From: Phoronis australis
Lineage: Eukaryota; Animalia; Phoronida
Direction: 5' to 3'
Assembly: GCA_002633005.1 (NCBI GenBank)
Contig: NMRA01000285.1
Coordinates: 159,230-223,229 of the forward strand
Length of the DNA: 64,000 nucleotides
Each line of letters begins with the position of its first letter. The stretch's first letter is position 1. Under the pieces are notes generated by a model. That model worked only from the letters and a program-made list of their open reading frames with translations, was not told the DNA's origin and ran no database searches. Below are positions 15,201 to 27,200 of the stretch, piece after piece. The translations under genes and the position numbers were made by a program.

Positions 15201-18200
15201 TATCACCATTACCTTCTCCTGAAGTAGATTTCCCACCTAAAACTGATAACTGTGTAAACACTCATTACATTTTTATTTAGAGTTTAGTACTTAACTGTCA
15301 CGTAAATTGTTCTCCGCGTGGGTGAGTGGGATTTATAAGTTGAGAGAGCCTGTGGTTATGTTTCTTGCCATTAGTTTAGTGTTGTCATTGTATGGCCACA
15401 CTCGTCTGCATGTTTTGTTTTCCAAAATTCTAATGTTGGATAATTTCAATGTTTTTGCTTACCAAGAGGAATATGACGAGTTTGATGAAACAGGTATCAG
15501 TTGCTTTCACGTTTGCGAATTGTTGCATTTTTGTGCACCCACATGTATATTTGTGGGCTCATGTTTCCGTAATCTCTGTTCATGTGATTGTCCGGTGCCT
15601 TCCTTTCTGTCTGCCAAATTCCTTCAAGTACATTAATTGTGAATTTGTCTGATATATCATTGGTCTTGGAATAAGAATTTCACCCAACAGGATGTGATTT
15701 CTGCTATCCAATTTCCCAAATGTTTATGAAACTGCATGGGTTTCTGAGAGGTGTCGACACTTTTGGATTTTGCTAATCCTACTCCCCCTCGTGGCAATAT
15801 TTTAAAGGTGTTTTGCTGTCCAAAAATTTTGAAATATTTGCAAACCTTTTACGTCTGGTCAGTACGACACCTGTTGGACATGACATTTGACCTAATGAAT
15901 ACTAAAGGTCTGAAAATATCTCTTCCCCAACTGAGACTCGAACCCGTTCTCTGTCTCGGTCGGGGCAGAGCTCTTTTCAGACTTATATGCATTAGGTCAC
16001 GTGATGGGGCCAACAGGTTGCATGCTGACCAGACTTATAGATATTTGCAATCTGTTTTCCCCCCAGTTTTAATGATGTTAAAATTTTGTGTACCACTTGT
16101 AGCTTGTTTGTGATGCACGAGTGCGAGTATGTGTCAACTGTTTGTGTTGATCTTGTTTATGTTGCCTTACTCTGCAATGACATTTTGTTGTGTTCAGTCA
16201 GTGATGTAACACTACTAGGATAATATTTAAGGCAACTACTTTCTGTGAGTTTGGTGAAATCTAACGTTAGTTTTATGTTGTTTTTATATGGACACTTTAA
16301 GTTCTCTCCTTGGCTACGCAGCTTTGTGAATTTGAAAAAATGGCCATCTTTGCTTGAAAATGAACAAAGACATTGAGCATTTGTCGCATTTTTCTGTAGA
16401 ATGATGTTATTGGATTACAGAAGTTGCAATAACCATTCACTTGTTATGAGTCACAGCAATTAACAGTAGTCCCTTGTAAAGTATATTTAGTTCATTTAAT
16501 GTTCGCCAATTGTTCGCAACTGTCTGACTTACAGTTGACAAAGGGCACAGAACATTAGGGGGCAAAAGTCAAATTTGACCTATATTTATTTTCCTGATTT
16601 ACCTCCTGGGATTCTCATAATAGCAGATATTTTGACAAAAAAGTTTTTGATATGATTGTTACAATGCTGTGTATGCATCCCCATATTTACTCTGTCTTTG
16701 TGTGGATTTCTATAACTGACATTGTATTACATGCTACCATTACAGGCAGTCGTATCAGTACTGTAGAGAGGCCCGTGTGTCCCCGTCAGCCAGCTGATAT
16801 GGCAGGCTACTACCAGAAGGTGAAGAAGGTAAGTCACAGGGAATGGAATGCTATCTCTCCCTACCATTAGGTATAACAAACATAAAGATTTGTAAGTGGG
16901 AGTGACTTGTGTGTCAATTTTTCATTTGAACAAACAAAAGCCATGGACCACGATATCGCAGAGAAATGATTTTTTTAATTTGCCCAAATCATTGATATTC
17001 CTCTGCGGTCACAGAAAGCATGCCTGATTGGTTTGTCTTGCTCACATAATTACTGATAATGAAAGTGATAACAAAATGACAAAGTGAAAGGGTTTTGATT
17101 ACTTTTTCAGTTGTTTTTTAAAACTGTTTAAATTTGTTTATGGGGTAATACAAATGTGTTATTAGTCTGAGGCATAGTGGTTATTTCTGTATTCTGTAAC
17201 CATGGCATCACAAAACTATGTACCGTCAGATATCAAGCGGAACAATTAAATGCATTGAGGGATAAGAGCACTGAGATGTGTGGCAGTGTCTCCACAAATG
17301 TGAATCATTAAAAAATTTCACTCCCCTGTAAGTGTGCTGTGTTCTGTGAAGTTGACAACATGTAAAACTATGTGAAATTCTGAAGATCATCTGTAGCAAT
17401 ACAGCAAGTCTCTGAAAATAATTGTGTTTGTTTTGGTTTACTAATTATTTAAAAATTTTTGTGTGAATTTTGAAACTTAAGATATTTATCTCTGAATTCA
17501 GATTGTGCTTTAAAAATACAGCAGTTTTACATGTGATTGTAAAAAGTGTTGAATTATTATTATTATAATATATTATGTTATAATACATTACATCATGTCA
17601 TTATAACATGTGTTTTGCAGTTGGTACATGAGCAGATTGCCCTGCAGTGGGTGGTGTCCAGTGGATCAACACGGGAGACAACTCTCACTAATGCATGGTT
17701 CTTCTTTGAACTTATGGTGAGTCACAACAGTTTCCCGTAATGTTTTAGTAGTGTCAGAAGTAAATAATGAAACATCTCCCCCTCTTCCTCCCTCCCTCNT
17801 CTCTCCCTCCCTCCCTCCCTCCTTCTCTCCATCTCTCACACACATATTGTAAATGCCGTATAGACCACTGTGGTTACTTAAAACTGATTGATGGGATTGG
17901 TTGCAGATCAAAAGCATGGCAGATCACTTGGCCAGGACTGGCAAGTTCTTTGGTAGTCGTAAGGTACGCTTTCCACCTCACTATCTGGAGGATGTAACAG
18001 AACTGGTGGACAAGATCATCAGGGATATTGTGGAAAGATACCATAAGGTAGGGATGCACCTGGGGTTATTGAGTTATGGATGTCAAAGGTCATAGGATTT
18101 GTTTTACTGTGCCCCTTGTAAATTTTGCAAACGGTGGGTTGATTATTCCAGAAAGTAATGCTTTTTGTTTTGGCCAGTAGTGTCGGAATGTTATGTGACC

Positions 18201-21200
18201 TCAGTCCATTCAGATTATTTGATCATTTATGCTTGACACGTTATTTGATTATTGACATTTCACTTTAGAAGGGCAATTGAATATCATTTAGGTTACTTTA
18301 TATATCATATTTACATTTTATGTAGTGAATTTTCACGATCAAATTCAACAAGTAGAAATATCCATTTCATTATCTACTCTTAGGATGTGTACTTTATACG
18401 CAATGTCAACACAAGCCTTGCCTTCTTTCTGTACGATGCTCTGTCTCTCATGGACCGTGGCTATGTGTTCAACTTACTCAAGAACTACTGCAGGCTGGTA
18501 AGATAGGCTTAACAATACAAGCAGTCATTATTACATTGGGGTGTTCATTGGATGCATCAGATGAAGACGTTAGTGAGGTTTTGATTACTTATAGTATTCT
18601 GGGTCGTACTGTTTGTTCCTGGCTGTTTACCAGTTCATTGTGTTTGAGGTTAGGTGACTTGATCGTGACAAGGAATAGGCATACCCAAAGTTACTGTCTT
18701 CTAAATTTTGACTTTTAAAGTCACATGCAGTACAAAATATGGAAACATCTGTTTCTGAATAGACGGCTTCTGATTGTTTCAGTCTTCAGCTTGAGTTGAT
18801 GCCACAAAATTGATTTACCTAGCAGATTCAAGTGAGATTTTGTCTTTGTTTAAGTCTTAATCTGGAAACTCTACAGAACATGTGTGTAGATGCCACCAGC
18901 CTAGACCACTTTTATCGTATTATGCCAAGTGATCAGTCATTCATGTGCTTTGTGGTCCATTTCATTTGCTGTCCAATTTCGCCCAGGTCTCTGCCAAGAT
19001 CAGCACCTTGCCTGATGCCACCAGCCTTATTCTTCTCAAGCTTGACTTCCTGCGCATCGTCTGCAGCCACGAGCACTTTGTTGCACTAAATCTGCCATTC
19101 GGCACGCCCACTACACCCTCTGCTCCTGTAAGCCCCTCCCCCAGTGTATCAAGTACCGCCTCCTATACATCCAACAGTACACTGGTGGAGAGGAGTACAT
19201 ACGCTGAGCTGACAACAGAGTTCCGTCAACATCACTTCCTGGTGGGACTGGTGCTGTCTGATCTAGTCACTGCTTTGGACTCGCAGTAAGTCACAGGCTG
19301 ACAATTTCATCTCTGAAACTCACAAGCTACCATGTTAATCACTGGCAATTAGTCACATGGTAGTGAATTTGTCACAGGAACTCAATGGCTAGTGCATTCG
19401 CACAAAAAGTCATTATTGAGCGATGTTATCAGTGACAGTAACACACAGGCTAGCAAATGTCTTGATGATTAGAGAAATTTACAAGTTAAATGTCATCTTT
19501 AAAATTCTGTTGTTTGGATGTACAAGGAAAGTCTTGAAATTTTTGTATCATTGTGTTGGTACCATTGTGTGTATACGAGTTACATAAGACCTCAAGTATA
19601 ATTTCCCAATCATAGTCTAGCCAACTTAGCAGTTCATACTAATAAGGGGTTACCAAAACCATAAGTCATCAAAAATCACTTTTTACGTATTGAAAATTCA
19701 AACAGGACTGATACTTTGTACTTGTCTAGCAATGGTGAGCCGTAGTACATGACCTCATTATTTGAACTCAATATTTTTTAAAATGGTTACAAATTTCAAC
19801 ATTGGTTGTCATGAAGGTCCTCATTAGGTTAATCAAAAATGATACTTGTGTTTAATAGATTGAATACAATTAAGTTTTCAAGAGAGGAGATAACTCCAGG
19901 AGCACTTTCACTCTGGGTGTGGGTGGCAAGGTGTTGCAAAGTTTCAGTACAATTTTGAGATGTCTTTGAAGGTGAAATATTTTGTGTTGACTCTTCTTGA
20001 ATGATTAGACATAAAGAATGTCCTTTAAAAAATTTGGTTTCTCACACCTTTAGTACAAACTTTCCCTTCAAAGTAGTGCATTTTAGGACTACGTATAGGG
20101 TTAAGAGGATTTTGTTAATTTTTATGTTGAAATATCACCAGAATAGCTTGAGTTGAAATCTTCCTAATATTGAGAAGAATGTTGTCATTGCAATGAGCTT
20201 AATAAGTCATTAGTGAACTATCTCAGTAACAGCGTTCCTCTCTCACGGTCCACAAGGGCATTCACATTAATGCGCTCTGTTCTTTTCTCATTAATGCAAG
20301 TCTTTCTTGATGAGTTGTAGTAAGTAGCCGCAAGTCATTTCTTACCTACCACGAACATAAATAATATATAAAAAGACATTAGTGCTGCTCTCGGGCATTT
20401 TCAATTCGTACAAAAGGTATGCCTTCAACGTACCTCAAGCTTATATTTGACACGTGACCCACCTTGCTCTCATAATTACACTGATAGTACTACATCTATA
20501 AATAGTAAAACTCACCCTAAGCCTGGAATAAATCAACACAAAATCAAATGTCTATCAAATCGATAATTGTTTGTGGGAAAAGAATGTGTTTCATAAACGA
20601 GATACAGTTTGTGACAAAAATGAGTTCATAGAAACTGAAATGTGGCTCATTAGAAGAGATCTACACCTTGCCAGTAAAGAACTCAGGCATAATTGAGAAG
20701 ATGGTGTGTGCTGGTATGCTAAGAAGTGTAAAAAACAATGGTTTTGCATAAAGCACCAGTTTTGGATTTTCTTTATAGGAACACCAACGTCCATTCTCGA
20801 GCCATCAATGTTACACGCAATGTTCTCTTCTGCCATGACACCGACTCCAGGTTTACTGAGCCAGAGATCAAAGCAAGAGTCTCAGCTCTCTACTTGCCAC
20901 TCATAGTCATAGTGGTAGACACCTTACCACAACTGTTCGACCCCTACGCTGAGGAAAGGGAGAAGATGGCTGACCTGTCTCCTCAAAGTGACAGGAAAAG
21001 TCATGAAATCGACGAGTCAGTCGCCATGGCAATAGCTGCGTCCAGTGTCTACAACAGTCAGAGTGGAGATGTTGATCAGTATGATCATGCAGCTAAGGTA
21101 GGCGGAGCTATTGCAATGCATGTTGTCATTCATTAGATCATGCATCTAAGGTAGGCGGAGTTATTGCAATGCATGTTGTCATTCATTGGATCATGCATCT

Positions 21201-24200
21201 AAGGTAGGCGGAGTTATTGCGATGCATGTTGTCATTCATTAGATCATGCATCTAAGGTAGGCGGAGTTATTGCGATGCATGTTGTCATTCATTGGATCAT
21301 GCATCTAAGGTAGGCGGAGTTATTGCGATGCATGTTTTCATTCATTGGATCATGCATCTAAGGTAGGTGGAGTTATTGCGATGCATGTTGTCATTCATTG
21401 GATCATGCATCTAAGGTAGGCGGAGTTATTGTTTACACTTGGTTTGTTTTGATTCTCAAACATTCAATTTTAGGATTGTACAGACATTTAAGAGAAAGGG
21501 AGAAATAGATAGACTGGAATATTTCACTTATTGTCAAAAATGAATATTAGCTCAATAAATGAAAAAATTACTGTATTCACAGTGATAAATATTTTGGGAA
21601 CCTGGCATCTGCCAATTGACAAAACGTTAATGAACTGTATAGTAGTTTATAAAAGTCTCTGATTTGAATATTAATGTGTAAGTTTGAAATCAAAAGGACG
21701 TGGCATTTGATAAATATTTTCTAGATTGTGTAGCACTGTTGCTGACTGCAGTCTCCTTTTGTTCCATTTACAGGGTAGAAAGTGTGTGCTCAGCAGTGAG
21801 TCTAGCAGGAATCTACTGGTCTGTTTTGTCTGGGTGCTTAAGAACATCAGTCGACGTACACTGAGACAGCTGTGGTCAGAAATGTCTATTACCAAACTCA
21901 ACCAAGTGCTTGACGTTCTCTACAACTGTATTTCAAATTTCGAGTATAAGGTTGGTAGTTGTATCTACATATTTTATGTAATTTGATTTCGTACTGGAAA
22001 ATGAAAATTACTCTGCAAACAATAGATTATTTTTTTCACATTGTAACCATCATCATTGGTGCCGAAACTTCAAAATTTTCGCTGAATTTTGAAGTTTTCC
22101 TTTTTGACAGCCAAGTTCTTTAATTGGCTAAAAGACCTCAACAGTTAATCTCAGACAGCTTTGTACTGAATAGAATACAGAATTAAAGTTCATAAATTGC
22201 GTTCTAAAATTTTTTGTAGAAGGAAAGACTAAAACTAAAACCAATTAGTACAGATGGCAATAGCCGTTCATTTTCTAACTTGTGCATGGATTTAGTGAAC
22301 AGATATGAATACAGATTATCCTGAACCATGTTGTTGTGGTTTTATAGTCATCTACTTCAATTCTGGAATTTGGCAATTGCACATTTTAACCAACCGGTTG
22401 TTACTGAACAGGGGAGAAAATCTCGACAGATGTCACAGCAAATCATTAAGAAGAGCAGTGACATGAAGAGCAAGCTGGAAGAGGCCATTTTGGGCTCGGG
22501 GAGTGCGCGTAGTGAAATGATGAGTAGAAGGCGCACAGGTGGCTCAGCGCAGTTTTACATAGGTAGGTGCCTGTGTGAGGCGGCATTCAGTGTTGGTCTC
22601 GTGTGAAAATGAAATGAAAATGGATTGGGTCAATTTTAAGAGCCATTTTTTGACAATGTCAGGCAAAATGAGATATTGTGTGAACACGACATGTCGTGAC
22701 AATCAATTTTTCCACACTGCAATATTTCATCATGTGTTGAACAAGCTTCAAAAATGCCATTGTTTGTTTTTCCACTAAGTTAAAAAATTGAATTTCATCA
22801 GTTTTCCTGTTGGACTGGTTATGGCTTTTCTTTATGATGCTACAACTGTCACAAACTGCTACGAATTCCTCTCTCCTTCCTCTCCCCAGAGACTGGACCA
22901 CCCTCACCAGCCTTAGAGGGAGGCCGCCTTCGATGGCGCAAGGACCAGACTCAGTGGAAACAGGAACACAAAGGAATACACGTGGAGGGGTACGACCTTT
23001 GGCTTGTTGCCTTGGTGTCTGCATCTGTTTAAATAAGCTAAACTGGCTATTAACCTAGAATAACTTAGCGCTATGAAATTAGTCTCAAAGTTGATGTGAG
23101 CTCTGGTCTTGGAAAGTACTGAATATGCATTGTTGTTTGAGGCCAGACTCAAGTTCTTTGTCACCTCATATCATTTTATTTGCCAAGTATGGTCTCGGGC
23201 AATAAGAAATAGTCAGTTCTTTGCAAGACCAAAAATCGCTTCTCATCTAAGTAAAAATCAAATTGATAGCGATTTTGTACCATTAATTACTTCATAGCAA
23301 AGTTAGTTTCTTCGACGGAATGCGGGTTTATAGTCTCTTTGAATTAATACTGCGTTGATTAAAAGATTTAGCTCGCATGAACTTAATCACAACAAAAATA
23401 TTGAGCCATGAGTTAGTAAATGAAAGTTCTTAAACAAATGAGTCCTTGACAAAGTGGATGAGTTTGGTACTTGCTGCGAGTAGTAAAAATTCAAAATGAT
23501 TGTGTTCTCTGATAGACAAACAGTCCTGGAGCCTCTTGCTGCGAGTAGTAATTCAAAATGATTGTGTTCTCTGATAGACGAACAGTCCTGGAGCCTCAGA
23601 TTAATTATCACGTGGAAGGCAATCTGTCGACGGAGGTGGCCATGACAGTGTTGGACATGTTAGAGTTGATTACTCAGGTAAATATAATTGTGTTGTTATA
23701 TGTTAGTAATAAGCAAGTCTTAGTATTCATACAAACCATGTGTTGGTCAAATCATGTGACCTATAGTTAAGCCTGAAAACAGCGTCTGTGCGGTTAGCAA
23801 GAAATCCTGGGTCCGAGCCCCGGTCGGGTTAAAAATCTTTTCAGACTTAATTACAGGTCATGTGATGTGACCAACATATGGTGTGTATAAGACTAATAAT
23901 TCTTATTTACTCTCAGGTAAATATTCATTGGTTAAGGGGTTGTTTCGCAGTATTGACGTAGTGTGTAAATTTATTATTGTTTGTGTAAAGCTCTTGTGAT
24001 TGTTAAGTATAACTGCATTCTTGTTCTATGAATATGTTTTTGAACTGACATCCCATTGGCAACAGACAGCAGACAAACTAGTCTACTGATATAGCCTCTT
24101 GTTAGTCACTTGACTGGCACGTGTATCTGGTTTGACTTCTTTAGTCCATTAGTCTGTTGTGGGGCTCATTATGCCAATCTGGTAATTACCTCCATGCTGC

Positions 24201-27200
24201 CAGAACTGCTGTTCATTGACAGCTGCTAGCATTCACTATGTTTCACCAAAATGTCATCGAAGAGCATTTCTTTGGTAAATGATCAATGAGGTGTGGGTGT
24301 TGGCCTAGCCTGATGATTGTAGACTGTCTAATGCACTCCATACCTATCCATAGAGCTCAATGTAACATGGTTAATGTAAAAGTTCAAGGTCAACTCTCAC
24401 TTATATGGCTGTTTCACCTGATCATTGCTGGTGATCTTCTTATGAAACATTCTATGCAGTGCAGACTGTGTCATAGTACTGGAGTGCTAAGATATATTAT
24501 GATGTGCATATTACTTGGAAAAAGCTACACTACATTCCTCCCCCTCCCCTGTTTCAGGTGGTGTCATCTTCAGACTCCATGCAGAGCCTGTTGACCAGTA
24601 TAATGAGGGTGTTGTTACACATGATGACAGTCAACCAAAGTACAGTTGTACTGCAAAGTGTTTTTGCCACACAGCGGTCAATTGTCTCAAAGGTGATGAG
24701 ATATGATTAGGATTTCTCGTTGGAGCATAGTGAGCAGCGTGCATATGTTAGGCTGGCATTGTATTTACACTGAAAGATAACCAACGCTGCTTTTTGATAA
24801 TTTTTTTATTGTATCAGCAGCTGTATGATGTTTTGACAATCTTCATTCATTTTAAAGTTGAAGTTTCTTTGGATTTTTGACCAGTCCTATAGAATATGTT
24901 ATACAACATGTGCTAATAAAGTGAACTGATTTGTTGCCAGATGTAAATGTTCAAATGTTTCAAGGGTTGACTTAGCATTAGTCCTGCATTTTGTTTTCAG
25001 ATAATGAGCCCAGTCTGTCAGTGTGCACGTCATGACTGGGGGTGTATTGCTCCAACTTGCTGTTGTCTGAACTATTTGATAAAGACACTAACTGTCAAAT
25101 AAGCTCATGCCATCTCCATAATTGTTGTTGGACATTGCGTGTTTAATATCCGACTTTGTTTTTAGTTCCCAGAGTTACTGTTTGAAGAAGACACTGAACA
25201 GTGCGCTGACTTGTGTCTACGTCTGCTGCGCCACTGCAGCTCTAGTATGTGCACCATACGCACGCAGGCTAGTGCCTCCCTCTATCTGCTGATGAGGCAA
25301 AACTTTGAGAAGGGCAATGTATGATTTTTCGTTGATTGTTAATTGCAATTTTAAATTGTCAACTTTTCACTTACTACATCATTACCATTGTGTTTTTTGA
25401 GAATCAAAATTTCTTTGGAAAAGTTGTATTGTACGAGAAGATTCCAATTTGTGTAAGAAATATTTAGTTTGATAAGTTCACAGCATTTGAAATATTTCAA
25501 TTTTGTCTTCTGGAAAATTAGGATGCATCAGGAACAGAGAACAAAAGAAATAGAGTTAAGCGAAAAGATCATGTTTTCAGTTTGATTTTCTATTCTGGTG
25601 ATGGAAAAAATATTTTGCTTGAAACTGCAGTGAGTTTTATGCGGTTGATCTTTCAGAACTTTGCCAGGGTTAAGATGCAGGTGACAATGTCTCTCAGTTC
25701 ACTGGTTGGACAAAGTCACACCTTTAACGAGGAATACCTGCGCAAGTCACTCAAGACAATTCTCACCTATGCAGAGGCAGATGTGGAACTACAGGAGACA
25801 ACATTTCCTTCACAGGTAACCAGACGGACTTCTCTTTAACTGTCAGTTTCCTTACATCTGGTTATCTAGCAAATGATCATGTGATGATCCAACTAACATT
25901 ATGGCATAACATAGACAGTATGAATCTACCATCACTTACCATTGGCACAGATATTCCTTAGGATACGAAATCATCTGCATTGAACAAGCAGCCAATAAGG
26001 ATGCACTTTAGATAATCCAACTCTCTGATCTCATTGACACATTTTACAATGGACTTACACTCACGTCTGTCTTGTTGAAACTTTGCTATTCCAAACGTTG
26101 GCAAAAATACCTTTCATGGAAAATTTGCTACCCAACGTCAGGCTTTTCAAGCGATTCACGGCACAAGTCAATTGAAACAAATACTATTAAGTATCTGACA
26201 ACGTTGTGAAAAGGTTAATGTTATAAAAATATAATTCACAGTTCTACGCAAGTCCACGAGGACTCCTTGGAGCTGGTAGTTGAGAGATCACTGAGAAAAA
26301 TCTGTTAATGAAAGCAAATGGATCTATGCTCAGTGTAATTGTCTAATCATCCTTACAAGATGCGTGGATAAGCCTGGCAAAGTCATACTAGTTTGGCTAT
26401 GGTATGAAGTGGTGTGTTAGTTGCTATAAAATTCTAAATTCAAATCTGGGGAAAAATTATCCAGTTCCTCCCATGTAACTTAGATCAGTGTGCTCCATTA
26501 GTTCAGATGTTGCACTGGTATACTCCAGAAAACATCTCTAATATGACTTTAATGTGTCGCAGAAAATGAAGCCCAGAAATCATAAGCGTCCTCATTTTGC
26601 TCATTGCCAGGTGAAGGAACTGGTGTTCAACCTTCACATGATTCTGTCCGACACAGTCAAGATGAAAGAGTTCCAAGAAGACCCTGAGATGCTGTTAGAT
26701 CTCATGTATCGCATCGCCAAGGGATACCAGAACTCACCTGACCTGCGACTCACCTGGCTTCAGAATATGGCCCAGAAACACAATGAGGTGTGGCTCTCAG
26801 CATGTCAGGTTGCTTACTAATGTTTGCGTTTAGGCAGTCTTCACACATTCTTCTATTATATGATAGTCAACAAGGCTGTTTTCCTGAGATATAACTGTGT
26901 TCTATTGCATTAGATTCAAAGCTATGTAAAAATACAAGTTTATATGTGATGCTCTATGGAAACAAAAAATCATGAATTTAGTTTTCGTGCATTCACCAAT
27001 GGTCGGTTTCAGTTGTACTTGGACAGTAATATAGATGCAAGAATTTCCAGTCACAATACACTAACCGGAAGCTGAGTATGCTATGTGTAGAGGGTGTCGC
27101 CTCTAGAAGAAAATGTCGGAGTTGCGAATCTGTTGTCTATAATCTATGACTACACAGTTGAAGTGTGATACTGCGGCAGACTGACAACTATTTTGTGTTA

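Noticed and set aside
21083-21431. CRISPR-like regular repeats (also 7069-7268 and 28314-28504)
   Set aside because: Head-to-tail units with no unique spacers, no cas genes, eukaryotic context
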